Assembly (NCBI GenBank): GCA_039630545.1
Contig: JBCNUU010000003.1
Coordinates: 99,250-163,249, forward strand
Origin: Endomicrobiia bacterium
GTDB taxonomy: Bacteria > Elusimicrobiota > Endomicrobiia > DTEH01
Reading direction: 5' to 3'
DNA length: 64,000 bases
A program made the position numbers and the translations under genes. The notes under the pieces were generated by a model. The model did not search any database and had not been told where the DNA came from. It saw only the letters and a program-made list of their open reading frames with translations. Position 1 is the first letter of the stretch, and each line of letters opens with the position of its first letter. Positions 1 through 8,837 of the stretch are shown here, in pieces.

Positions 1-395
1 TAATTATTCCTGAGATTAAATACAACTTAGATAAAATCGCTAAAAAAATAAAACAGGACAAACAAAAAGGAAAAGCTTCAGAAATAATTATTTTTGCAGA
101 AGGAGCAGGAAATGTAAAAGAATTTGCGTTAAAACTTGAAGCAAAGACAGAAATTCCAACAAGAATTTCCTCATTAGGATATATTCAAAGAGGAGGTTCT
201 CCGTCTGCACGCTCAAGGATATTAGCAGCACTTTTCGGAGAGTATGCTGTTAAACTTATGAAAGAAAAACAGAAAAACAAAGTTGTAGTAATACAAAACA
301 ATAAAATAACATCACTTGACATAAAAGTTGTCACTGAAAATGAAAAACAAATAGATACACACTTATTGGAGTTGATAGAAAACTTGGGAGGTTAA
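1..395 (+). CDS. pfkA: ATP-dependent 6-phosphofructokinase, 3' portion (5' end lies outside the window)
   Basis: In-frame translation ends ...SSLGYIQRGGSPSARSRILAALFGEYAVKLM...ELIENLGG with a stop at 393-395. The GxIQRGG motif and C-terminal layout are typical of PfkA. There is no start codon inside the window. Confidence 0.75.
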   Translation, partial: IIPEIKYNLDKIAKKIKQDKQKGKASEIIIFAEGAGNVKEFALKLEAKTEIPTRISSLGYIQRGGSPSARSRILAALFGEYAVKLMKEKQKNKVVVIQNNKITSLDIKVVTENEKQIDTHLLELIENLGG

Positions 396-401
396 ATAAA
401 G

Positions 402-818
402 TTGTCAAACAAAAATTTAAATGATTTAAAAAATTTTGGTTTTGAGGAAGCAGGCGAGTGGTATTTATCAGGAGATAAATTACAATATAAACTTGATGAT
501 AGATTTAAAAACAAAAGAGTAATTTATGCTTTCGTTGTTGAGGATGAAGTAAAATATATAGGTATATGTGATAGTTACAATACAACTTTACAGGTTAGAA
601 TGGATAGATACTTAAAAAATCTTTCAGAAACGAATCGCACAAATGTGAGAATCAATGAAGAAATAAAGAAAAAACTAAAGTTGAACCATAAAGTAGAAAT
701 TTATGCACTTCTTCCTGAAACTAAAGACAAGTATGAATTTAACGGAATCAGTATAGATCTTATTAGAGGTTTGGAATATCCATTGATTAAAAAATTTAAC
801 CCTGAATGGAATAAATAA
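402..818 (+). CDS. hypothetical small protein with a GIY-YIG-like nuclease motif (VIYAFVVEDEVKYIG...R)
   Basis: 138-aa ORF with a TTG start and GGGAGG located 10 nt upstream. The sequence VIY-x9-YIG followed by a conserved Arg (VRMDRY) and downstream Glu/Asn resembles the GIY-YIG catalytic core. Confidence 0.4.
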   Translation: MSNKNLNDLKNFGFEEAGEWYLSGDKLQYKLDDRFKNKRVIYAFVVEDEVKYIGICDSYNTTLQVRMDRYLKNLSETNRTNVRINEEIKKKLKLNHKVEIYALLPETKDKYEFNGISIDLIRGLEYPLIKKFNPEWNK

Positions 819-995
819 AAAATTGAGCCCGCTTATTTGTCTATAATTTAAAAAAACCAAATCAAGCTTTTTTATTTTTTCCTTAAACTAATTTGTTTCT
901 TTTTTAAGAAGATATACCCACCTTTCAAAATTTATCTTTAACTTAACAGAAAATTTATATCCTTTTAACAATTTTTAGTATAAATACTAAAAAAT

Positions 996-3335
996 ATGAA
1001 AAAAATAGATTTACATGTACACTCTAAGTATTCAGAGCATCCATCAGAGTGGTTCTTACAAAGGTTAGGCGCAGCTGAATCTTATACAGAGCCAGATCTT
1101 ATCTTTAATTTAGCTAAACAAAATGGTATGGATTTTGTAACAATAACAGACCATAACCGTATAGAAGGATCTTTTTTGCTTAAACAAAAATATCCAAACG
1201 AAGTAATAACTGGAATAGAAACTACTGCTTATTTCCCGGAGGATGGTTGCAAGGTACATATTTTACTTTTTGGTATAAATGAAAAACAATATGATACACT
1301 TCAGAAACTAAGAGAAGATATATATCAACTTAGAGACTGGATAAAATCAGAAAAAATAGCTTATTCTGTTTCTCATCCATTATATTCTGTAAATGGGAAG
1401 TTAAATTTAACTCATCTTGAGAAACTAATTCTACTTTTTGATGTATTTGAAGGTCTTAATGCTGGAAGGGCAAGTATTCATAATGAAGTTTGGGTAGATG
1501 TTTTAAGAAATATAGACAAAAATATAATTGAACAACTTTACGATAAATATAAAATAGAACCTTTTGGAGAAGATTCTCATATAAAAGCCTTTACAGGAGG
1601 CTCAGATGATCATGCTGGCATATTTGTTGGTAAGGGATATACTTTGGTTGATGCTAATAACGCTGAAGGGGTACTTGAAAAAATAAGAGACAAAAAGATT
1701 TCGTTTGCAGGTAAACACAATGATTTTAAATCTTTAGCCTTTACTGTTTATAAAGTTGCCTATGATTTTTCTAGAAGTAAAAATGGCAAGGTGAATCCAT
1801 TAATGGAAAGCATTTTTGAGAGTATTTTAAGAAGAAAAAAATCCATCAGTTTTGTTAATAAAGTAAAAATCTGGCATGCTAAGAGAAAAGATAGAATAGC
1901 TGGTTTTATATTAACACTTATTGAAAATTTAAAAAAGAAAAACGAAAAGGACAAATTAGAAATTTTCTACGAAGACATTACTAATATCTCAGATACTTTC
2001 ATAAAAGAACTCTTTGAATCTTTTGAGAAAAACTTAAAACATGCTGATTTTTTAAATTTAATAAAGAATACAATTTCATCTTTTGCAGGAATTTTCTTAT
2101 CTGTACCTTTCTTTTCAGCATTTAAACACTTACACCAAGATAGAGATTTATTAGACACTTTTAGGAAAAAATTTAAAAATAATCTTACTAGTGACAAAAA
2201 AATATTGTGGTTTACAGATACAATAAACGATTTAAATGGTGTTTCAATAACTCTTAGTAAAATAGCACTTGAAGCATACCATAAAAATAAAAACCTAAAA
2301 ATTGTAACATCCTTGGATGAGGATGATTGCTCTAAATTTTTACCTAACTTAATAAATTTAAAACACATATATAAGTTTCGTCTACCTTATTATGAACAAT
2401 ATGTTCTTAAGATACCTTCTATTCTTAAAACATTACAACAACTTCAAGATTTTATTCCAGATGAAATCTATGTTTCAACTCCAGGACCAGTTGGACTAAT
2501 TGGATTATTAATGTCTAAAATATTTAGTGTTAGATGCATAGGAATTTTTCATACAGATTTTAAAAGGCAAGCTGAAAAAATTGTTGAGGATGAAACATTA
2601 GTTACACTTTTGGATAACTTTGTGAAATGGTTTTATAATAGTTGTGACATAATTGAAGTACCATCTGCTGAGTATATAAATATACTTAAGAATGAAGGAT
2701 TTGAAGAGAACAAATTACGATTATTCAAAAGAGGAATAGATTTAGATACTTTTGCATTTAAACCAGAAGGTAAAAAATTTATAGAAGAGAAATTTGGCAT
2801 AAAAGAAGGTTTAAATTTGTTATATGTTGGTAGAATTTCTAAGGATAAAAATATTGATTTTATTTTAGATGTGTATAAAGAACTAATTAAAAGTAACAGT
2901 TTAATAAATCTTATCATGGTGGGTGACGGGCCATATTTAGAAGAACTTAAAAATAAATATAGAAGTTTGAACAATATAGTATTTACAGGTAAGATAGAAA
3001 ATAAATTTTTACCATATGTGTATTCTGCTTCTCACATATTTTTGTTTCCAAGCACAACTGATACATTCGGCATGGCAGTTTTAGAAGCACAAGCTTGTGG
3101 GTTGCCTGCTATAGTTTCTGACAAAGGTGGACCTAAAAATATAATAATTGACGGGAAAACTGGCTTTATTTCTGAAGCTAATAACTTAAGCAATTGGTTA
3201 GAAAAAACTAATGTTTTGTTGAATATGATTCAAAACAATCCTTCAATGTATTTGCAGTTTAGAGAAGCTTCAAGAAAAAATGTAGAAGAAAATTATAATT
3301 TAGAAGAAGCTATAGAGAAAATTTTCAGTTATTAA
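996..3335 (+). CDS. fusion protein: N-terminal PHP-domain phosphoesterase plus C-terminal GT4 (group 1) glycosyltransferase
   Basis: The N-terminus IDLHVHSKYSEHP...VTITDHN is a PHP His-rich metal site. The C-terminus ...VGRISKDKNIDFIL...MVGDGPY...EAQACGLPAIVSDKGGPKNII.DGKTGF is the canonical GT4 nucleotide-sugar binding fold. It is a single uninterrupted 779-aa ORF. Confidence 0.8.
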   Translation: MKKIDLHVHSKYSEHPSEWFLQRLGAAESYTEPDLIFNLAKQNGMDFVTITDHNRIEGSFLLKQKYPNEVITGIETTAYFPEDGCKVHILLFGINEKQYDTLQKLREDIYQLRDWIKSEKIAYSVSHPLYSVNGKLNLTHLEKLILLFDVFEGLNAGRASIHNEVWVDVLRNIDKNIIEQLYDKYKIEPFGEDSHIKAFTGGSDDHAGIFVGKGYTLVDANNAEGVLEKIRDKKISFAGKHNDFKSLAFTVYKVAYDFSRSKNGKVNPLMESIFESILRRKKSISFVNKVKIWHAKRKDRIAGFILTLIENLKKKNEKDKLEIFYEDITNISDTFIKELFESFEKNLKHADFLNLIKNTISSFAGIFLSVPFFSAFKHLHQDRDLLDTFRKKFKNNLTSDKKILWFTDTINDLNGVSITLSKIALEAYHKNKNLKIVTSLDEDDCSKFLPNLINLKHIYKFRLPYYEQYVLKIPSILKTLQQLQDFIPDEIYVSTPGPVGLIGLLMSKIFSVRCIGIFHTDFKRQAEKIVEDETLVTLLDNFVKWFYNSCDIIEVPSAEYINILKNEGFEENKLRLFKRGIDLDTFAFKPEGKKFIEEKFGIKEGLNLLYVGRISKDKNIDFILDVYKELIKSNSLINLIMVGDGPYLEELKNKYRSLNNIVFTGKIENKFLPYVYSASHIFLFPSTTDTFGMAVLEAQACGLPAIVSDKGGPKNIIIDGKTGFISEANNLSNWLEKTNVLLNMIQNNPSMYLQFREASRKNVEENYNLEEAIEKIFSY

Positions 3336-3337
3336 TT

Positions 3338-4333
3338 TTATACTTCAATAATGTTTTCTTTAATTGAAACTTTACTATTTATAAATTTTTCTACAACTGC
3401 AATGTTTGAGACTATGTGATCCGTAAGTAGCGGTATTCTAACTTTACCACCGACAAGTCCTAAATATGGAATAATTTGATCCGCACTGTATCTATCTAAA
3501 GAAAATTTTTTAAGATCTTCTAATAAAACATTTACACATTCTTTAGCGATATCCTCAGCAGGTGTACCGATTTCACCTGATAACGAACTGCCGACGACAC
3601 CATTTTTTGTATTAGCACAAATTGTTATACCGCATCCATCACATATTGTTTCAACATAGTTAAGTTGTGTTTCTATGGGTAACTTGTGATTTTTTTCTAA
3701 AATCTCTTTAGCTTTATCAACCATTCTTTCTAAGACATTTCTTTTTCTTAAACTATTAGAAGACACAGCAACTATGTTGATTTTTTTGTCTTCACCCAAA
3801 TCAGTAATAAAAATTTTTTCATAAGAGTTTGCTGGTTTTATTTTTACTTCAACTTCAGCACCACCTTTTGGGTAAAATCCATGTTTTATAACATTAATTT
3901 TAACCTCCATCCCGAGTTTTCTTAGCCAGTGACAAAAAACTTTGTCAATAAAATCAATTGATGGTGCCCATTTTCCATAAGTAGCACCACCTGAAATTTT
4001 TATGTTTAACGGATACTTTAATCCAACAATTAACAAACTTTGTAAAACTAATCCTACAGAGCCAGCCGTAGAAATTTTTATTTCCAGCGAAGTTATATTT
4101 ATCTTTTTAGGTGAAAAGTAAAGCTCAGCTGACCCTTTATACGCACCTTTCACTTCAGCATCTGAAAGTTTAGCTAATGCTAACACACATTGTAGATGTT
4201 GTTCTTGAAGGCCAGAGTTAGGTCTGTTTTTTCGAATGTTTGTTATATAAAATGGTTTGTTAAGTAAACAAGATAGTCCTAGTGCTGTTCTTAAAACTTG
4301 TCCACCACCTATAGAACCATCTATTGTAATCAT
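3338..4333 (-). CDS. rtcA: RNA 3'-terminal phosphate cyclase
   Basis: N-terminus MITIDGSIGGGQVLRTALGLS matches the RtcA signature. Length 331 aa. It converges on the GT gene with a 2-bp spacer. Confidence 0.85.
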   Translation of the reverse strand: MITIDGSIGGGQVLRTALGLSCLLNKPFYITNIRKNRPNSGLQEQHLQCVLALAKLSDAEVKGAYKGSAELYFSPKKINITSLEIKISTAGSVGLVLQSLLIVGLKYPLNIKISGGATYGKWAPSIDFIDKVFCHWLRKLGMEVKINVIKHGFYPKGGAEVEVKIKPANSYEKIFITDLGEDKKINIVAVSSNSLRKRNVLERMVDKAKEILEKNHKLPIETQLNYVETICDGCGITICANTKNGVVGSSLSGEIGTPAEDIAKECVNVLLEDLKKFSLDRYSADQIIPYLGLVGGKVRIPLLTDHIVSNIAVVEKFINSKVSIKENIIEV

Positions 4334-4399
4334 AAAGTGTTAATTAGAAATTCAATTTTTCTTTTTCAATAATTTAGTTTTAAAAATATTTTTTTCATC

Positions 4400-4427
4400 T
4401 TGACTTTTTAAAATTTTTTTGTATAAT
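4400..4427 (+). promoter_or_regulatory. sigma70-like promoter upstream of pckG (TTGACT, about 16-nt spacer, TG-TATAAT)
   Basis: TTGACT at 4400-4405 and TATAAT at 4422-4427 preceded by TG. The AAGGAGG RBS and the GTG start at 4471 lie about 40 nt downstream. Confidence 0.35.
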
Positions 4428-4470
4428 AAACAGAAAATTAAAATTTTAAAAAGATAAGGAGGAATAAAAA

Positions 4471-6369
4471 GTGACTGAAGCACTTTCTAAACTTAAAAGT
4501 ATCCTTAAAGATCAAGAATATAAAAAATTAGAAAAGATAAAAAATAAAGAAGTACATGAATTCATATTAAAATCAATTGAATTGTGTACTCCAGCAGATG
4601 TATTTATTTGTTCTGATACACTTGAAGAAATTGCATATATAAGAAATATGGCAATTGTTTCTGGGGAGGAATCAGCAGCACTTCTTACTCCTGGGCATAC
4701 ATTTCACTTTGATGGTATCAACGATCAAGGTAGGGATCGTGGTGTTACAAAATTTTTAGTTCCAAAAGGAGATAAACTTTCGAAAAAACTAAACCAGATT
4801 GACAGAGAAGAAGGCTTAAATGAAATTTTGGGACTTCTTAAAAACTCAATGAAAGGTAGGATAATGATTGTAAGATTCTTAACATTAGGCCCCTCAAATT
4901 CAGTATTTTCAATACCTTGTATGGAATGCACTGATAGTTGGTATGTAGCACATTCTGTAAGTCTACTTTACAGAGAAGGATATAATATGTTTTTAACCCT
5001 ACCAGAGAATGCTGAAATTTTTAAAACCTTACATTCTTCTGGTGAGGTTGAAACAATAAGCAATGGTTTTCCTGTTAGTAAAAATTATGATAAAAAAAGA
5101 ATTTATATTGATTATATCACAAACACTGTATATAGTGTCAACACACAGTACGCAGGTAATTCTGTTGGGTTTAAAAAACTAGCCTTAAGACTTGCAATAA
5201 GAAAAGCGCATAAAGAAGGCTGGCTTGCTGAACATTTTATGCTTATGGGAGTAAAAGGTCCAAATAACAGAAAAACATACTTTGCTGGTGCTTTTCCTTC
5301 TGCTTGTGGAAAAACTTCAACTGCGATGTTACCTGGAGAAACGATTCTTGCTGATGATTTAGCATATGTAAGAAATATAAATGGAGAATGTCGCGCAGTA
5401 AACGTTGAAAAAGGTATTTTTGGTATAATACAGGATGTAAATCCTAAAGATGATCCTTTAATCTGGCAAGTTTTAAACTCTCCTGGTGAGGTGATATTTA
5501 GCAATGTTTTAGTAAAAGATGCCAAAACCTGGTGGCTTGGTATGGGAGTTGAACTTCCAGAAGAAGGAAGAAACTTTAGCGGTCAGTGGTATAAAGGCAA
5601 AAAAGATGACTCAGGCGAAGAAATTCCTGCAGCACATAAAAATGCAAGATATACTGTTTCGCTTAAAGCACTTGCAAATTGTGATGAAGAATTAGAAAAT
5701 CCAGAAGGTGTATATCTTGCTGGTATAATGTTTGGGGGAAGAGACTACAGAGGTTATGTTCCGGTTCAGCAGAGTTTTGACTGGACACATGGAGTTGTAG
5801 CTTTTGGAGCAGCGTTAGAAACAGAAACCACTTTTGCGATTGTAGAAGAAGAAGGTAAATATGAGATAAACATAATGAGTATTCAAGATTTTGTTTCTAT
5901 ACCGTTAGGCACTTATGTAAAAAATTATATTGAGTTTGGTAAGAAATTAAAAAAACCTACAATAATATTTGGTGTGAATTATTTCTTGCGAGATTTAAAA
6001 ACAGGAGAGTTTTTAAATTCTCGTAGAGATAAACATATCTGGGTAAAATGGATGGAGTTGAGAGTTCACAACGATGTAAAAGCAAGGAAGACACCAACTG
6101 GGCTTATACCATTATATGAAGACTTAGTTCCACTTTTTAAATCTATTCTTAACAAAGACTATAAAAAAGAAGATTATATAAAACAGTTCACCATTCGTGT
6201 TCCAGAAAATCTAGCAAAGATAGACAGAGTAGTAAAATTCTGGCAGCAAGAGGAAAACACTCCTCAAGAAATTTACGATGTTTTGGAGGCACAAAAACAG
6301 AGATTACTTGAAGCACAAAAGAAATTCGGTGATTATATTTCTCCTGAAAATTTTGAAGTTGTAATATGA
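4471..6369 (+). CDS. pckG: phosphoenolpyruvate carboxykinase (GTP)
   Basis: FPSACGKTS kinase-1a motif of GTP-PEPCK, 632 aa, GTG start with AAGGAGG RBS. Confidence 0.9.
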   Translation: MTEALSKLKSILKDQEYKKLEKIKNKEVHEFILKSIELCTPADVFICSDTLEEIAYIRNMAIVSGEESAALLTPGHTFHFDGINDQGRDRGVTKFLVPKGDKLSKKLNQIDREEGLNEILGLLKNSMKGRIMIVRFLTLGPSNSVFSIPCMECTDSWYVAHSVSLLYREGYNMFLTLPENAEIFKTLHSSGEVETISNGFPVSKNYDKKRIYIDYITNTVYSVNTQYAGNSVGFKKLALRLAIRKAHKEGWLAEHFMLMGVKGPNNRKTYFAGAFPSACGKTSTAMLPGETILADDLAYVRNINGECRAVNVEKGIFGIIQDVNPKDDPLIWQVLNSPGEVIFSNVLVKDAKTWWLGMGVELPEEGRNFSGQWYKGKKDDSGEEIPAAHKNARYTVSLKALANCDEELENPEGVYLAGIMFGGRDYRGYVPVQQSFDWTHGVVAFGAALETETTFAIVEEEGKYEINIMSIQDFVSIPLGTYVKNYIEFGKKLKKPTIIFGVNYFLRDLKTGEFLNSRRDKHIWVKWMELRVHNDVKARKTPTGLIPLYEDLVPLFKSILNKDYKKEDYIKQFTIRVPENLAKIDRVVKFWQQEENTPQEIYDVLEAQKQRLLEAQKKFGDYISPENFEVVI

Positions 6370-6373
6370 TAAA

Positions 6374-6646
6374 GTGAAGTTAAATATAAAGTTCACAGAG
6401 CATTGTAAAAACAAATTATACCAAAGAAAGATTCCATTGGAGCAAATTAAAAAGGTTTTAACTTCATATGATTTTATGGAAATTGATAAATTTGATACTT
6501 CTGTGTTTCACTTCATTAAAAAAATTTCTGGAAAATTTTTAAGAGTGATTGCGAAACAAATAGAAAATGATTGTTACCTAATTATTACTGCTTTTTTTGA
6601 TAGACGATTATTAAGGAGGTTTAGACGTGATACAAATAAATTATGA
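6374..6646 (+). CDS. DUF4258-family putative toxin (RNase-like)
   Basis: 90 aa. FTEHCKNKL...IPLEQIKKVL...GKFLRVIAKQIENDCYLIITAFF matches the DUF4258 pattern. GTG start 4 nt after the pckG stop. Confidence 0.6.
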   Translation: MKLNIKFTEHCKNKLYQRKIPLEQIKKVLTSYDFMEIDKFDTSVFHFIKKISGKFLRVIAKQIENDCYLIITAFFDRRLLRRFRRDTNKL

Positions 6647-6827
6647 TAAAGAAGGAGATATTCTAGAAATAAAATTTTCAGAGGTCCCTATCCAGGAGAG
6701 TGAATATTTGAAAAAAAGTGGAATAGTAATAGATTATGATAATGAAGGTAAAATTGTTGCTATTGAAGTTCTTTCGTATAGTAAAAGAGTAAAAAAGGAA
6801 ACTCTACCAGAACTAGCTGCGATTTAA
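6627..6827 (+). CDS. DUF2283-family putative antitoxin
   Basis: 66 aa. NYDKEGDILEIKFSE...GIVIDYDNEGKIVAIEVLSYSKRV is a classic DUF2283 sequence. GTG start with AGGAGG RBS, overlapping the upstream ORF by 20 nt. Confidence 0.65.
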   Translation: MIQINYDKEGDILEIKFSEVPIQESEYLKKSGIVIDYDNEGKIVAIEVLSYSKRVKKETLPELAAI

Positions 6828-6964
6828 TACGCTTCTGCTGAAATTTTGAACAAATAATAAATAACCCTTAACCGATGAACAAAAAATTTTATGTTAAGAA
6901 AAAAACCAATTGTTTGAGAAATTAAACCGTTACAATCCAATAATAAAAAGTGAGGTAAAAAATT

Positions 6965-7453
6965 ATGAAAAAATTAATAAGTATAATAATGGGCTCTGAC
7001 TCAGATCTTCCTACAATGAAAGATACAGCAAAAACACTTGAAGAGTTTGAAGTAGGCTATGAGATAAAGATTCTTTCTGCTCACAGAACTCCTGATGATC
7101 TAAAGGAATATATAAAACAGGCAGAACAAACCGGAATAGAACTATTCATAGCAGCTGCAGGTGGAGCTGCACATCTTGCTGGAGTTATTGCAGCACATAC
7201 TACTCTTCCTGTAATTGGGGTTCCAATGGAGTCTCCACTTAATGGATTTGACTCTATACTTTCTATGCTTCAGATGCCACCGGGAGTCCCTGTAGCGGTT
7301 GTGTCTAAAGGTTCATGGGGTGCCAAAAACTCTGCCATATTGGCAATTCAAATTTTGTCTCTAAAATATCCTGAATTAAAAGAAAAACTTAAACAGTACA
7401 AACAAAAAATGGCAGAATCTGTAAGACAAAAAAATAATGCGTTGCAAATCTAA
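6965..7453 (+). CDS. purE: N5-carboxyaminoimidazole ribonucleotide mutase (PurE)
   Basis: [13 protein letters not shown]...[15 protein letters not shown]...PVIGVP are PurE signatures. 162 aa. Confidence 0.85.
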   Translation: MKKLISIIMGSDSDLPTMKDTAKTLEEFEVGYEIKILSAHRTPDDLKEYIKQAEQTGIELFIAAAGGAAHLAGVIAAHTTLPVIGVPMESPLNGFDSILSMLQMPPGVPVAVVSKGSWGAKNSAILAIQILSLKYPELKEKLKQYKQKMAESVRQKNNALQI

Positions 7454-8000
7454 AGCAATTTTTTTAGATAGAGACGGAACTATAAATGAGGATGTAGGTG
7501 ATTTTTGTAGTGTAGAAAAACTTAAATTCATTGAAGGTTCTCTTGAAGCTTTAAAGCTTCTCCAAAAAGAGTTTCTTCTTTTTATAATAACAAATCAAAC
7601 GGGCATAGATAAAGGTATTTTCACAGAAGAAGAATTTCTTGAATTTAATAAGACTTATCTGGATATTTTATATACAAATGGAATAGAAATAAAGCAAGTA
7701 CTTTACTGCCCGCATAAAAAAGAAAAAAACTGTGTTTGTAGAAAGCCGAGTACTTATTTTATTAATTTGCTAAAAGATAAATATGATTTAGATTTAAGCA
7801 AATCTTTTTCTATAGGAGATCATCCTCACGATGTTGAAATGGGATTTGCAGCTGGTACCAAGACAATATATCTTCTTACAGGTCACGGGCAAAAACACTT
7901 AGAGGAATTAGTAAAAAAACCTGATTTTGTTGCAAAAAATCTCTATGAAGCATCACTATGGATATTAAATAACATCTATGAAAAACAAAACTCTTGTTAA
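7437..8000 (+). CDS. gmhB: D-glycero-D-manno-heptose 1,7-bisphosphate phosphatase-like HAD phosphatase
   Basis: AIFLDRDGTIN (HAD motif I), CPH...C.CRKP zinc-binding loop and GDHPHD are typical of GmhB / histidinol-phosphatase-like HAD IIIA. It overlaps the purE 3' end. Confidence 0.7.
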   Translation: MRCKSKAIFLDRDGTINEDVGDFCSVEKLKFIEGSLEALKLLQKEFLLFIITNQTGIDKGIFTEEEFLEFNKTYLDILYTNGIEIKQVLYCPHKKEKNCVCRKPSTYFINLLKDKYDLDLSKSFSIGDHPHDVEMGFAAGTKTIYLLTGHGQKHLEELVKKPDFVAKNLYEASLWILNNIYEKQNSC

Positions 8001-8418
8001 TGGGAAAAATTTTATAAACAAATTTCCTAAAAATTTAGTGATTCTATGCAGTGACGGAAGATTTGTTAATCAAACTATGGATTTTGTAGAAAAAAAACTA
8101 AAAATAGAAAAGAAAGATTTAATGGTTTTACCGGGAAGTGTTGTTTTTCTTCGTCTTAAGGAGAAAAATTTAATTAATAGATTAAAACTCTTAATAGAAA
8201 AACATAATATAAACAGAATAATAGTTTTTTCTCATACAGATTGTGGTTTTTATAAAGAGACTTTTAAAACTGACCCGGAAAAAATTAAAAATATTCAAAT
8301 TGAAGATTTAAATTTTTTTAAAAGTAACATCCAAAATCTTTATAAAAACAATATTAAAGTTGAAACCTACTATGTAGATTTACAAGAGAATAAAAAAGTT
8401 TGTTTTATAAAAGTATAA
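7978..8418 (+). CDS. small beta-carbonic-anhydrase-like protein (CSDGR ... HTDCG motifs)
   Basis: 146 aa. The two zinc-ligand motifs C-x-D-x-R and H-x-x-C-G of beta-class CA are present, but the protein is shorter than typical beta-CAs. Translationally coupled to gmhB. Confidence 0.4.
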   Translation: MKNKTLVNGKNFINKFPKNLVILCSDGRFVNQTMDFVEKKLKIEKKDLMVLPGSVVFLRLKEKNLINRLKLLIEKHNINRIIVFSHTDCGFYKETFKTDPEKIKNIQIEDLNFFKSNIQNLYKNNIKVETYYVDLQENKKVCFIKV

Positions 8419-8834
8419 TCATTGTGATTCTTGTTTATAAAATTTTAATAATAACTGTGCTGGTTTTGCATCTTTTGTGGATTTCTTTTATGATTTATGG
8501 ATTTTTTTATAATATCGTAGGGCTATTCTTTAAAAAACAACTTTTGAAAAATTTCTGGTTAAGGACTCTTCATGTTGTAGGGATAATATATGTGGCAGTT
8601 ATTACTTTTTTAGATAAATATTGTCCTTTAACAATATTAGAGATTTATTTAAGAAGAAAGATAGAAAGTTCTTTCTCAGGTATGGATTCTTTTATAGTTT
8701 ATTATCTTGAGAAACTTATCTACCCTGAGGTGAATCCTGATCTGATAATAGTTCCTACTTATTTAATTGCAATTTTAAGTTTAGTAATATATATAATAAA
8801 ACCACCAATAAATTTCCAAATAAGGAGGCCATAA
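8400..8834 (+). CDS. hypothetical integral membrane protein
   Basis: 144 aa, 3-4 predicted hydrophobic helices, TTG start, no recognisable motif. Confidence 0.4.
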   Translation: MFYKSIIIVILVYKILIITVLVLHLLWISFMIYGFFYNIVGLFFKKQLLKNFWLRTLHVVGIIYVAVITFLDKYCPLTILEIYLRRKIESSFSGMDSFIVYYLEKLIYPEVNPDLIIVPTYLIAILSLVIYIIKPPINFQIRRP

Positions 8835-8837
8835 AAA

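Noticed and set aside
1760-2974. Three antisense ORFs (1760-1954, 1967-2368, 2633-2974, minus strand) inside the PHP-GT4 gene
   Set aside because: They lie wholly within a well-supported plus-strand CDS and have low-complexity Phe/Leu/Lys-rich translations typical of AT-rich antisense frames.
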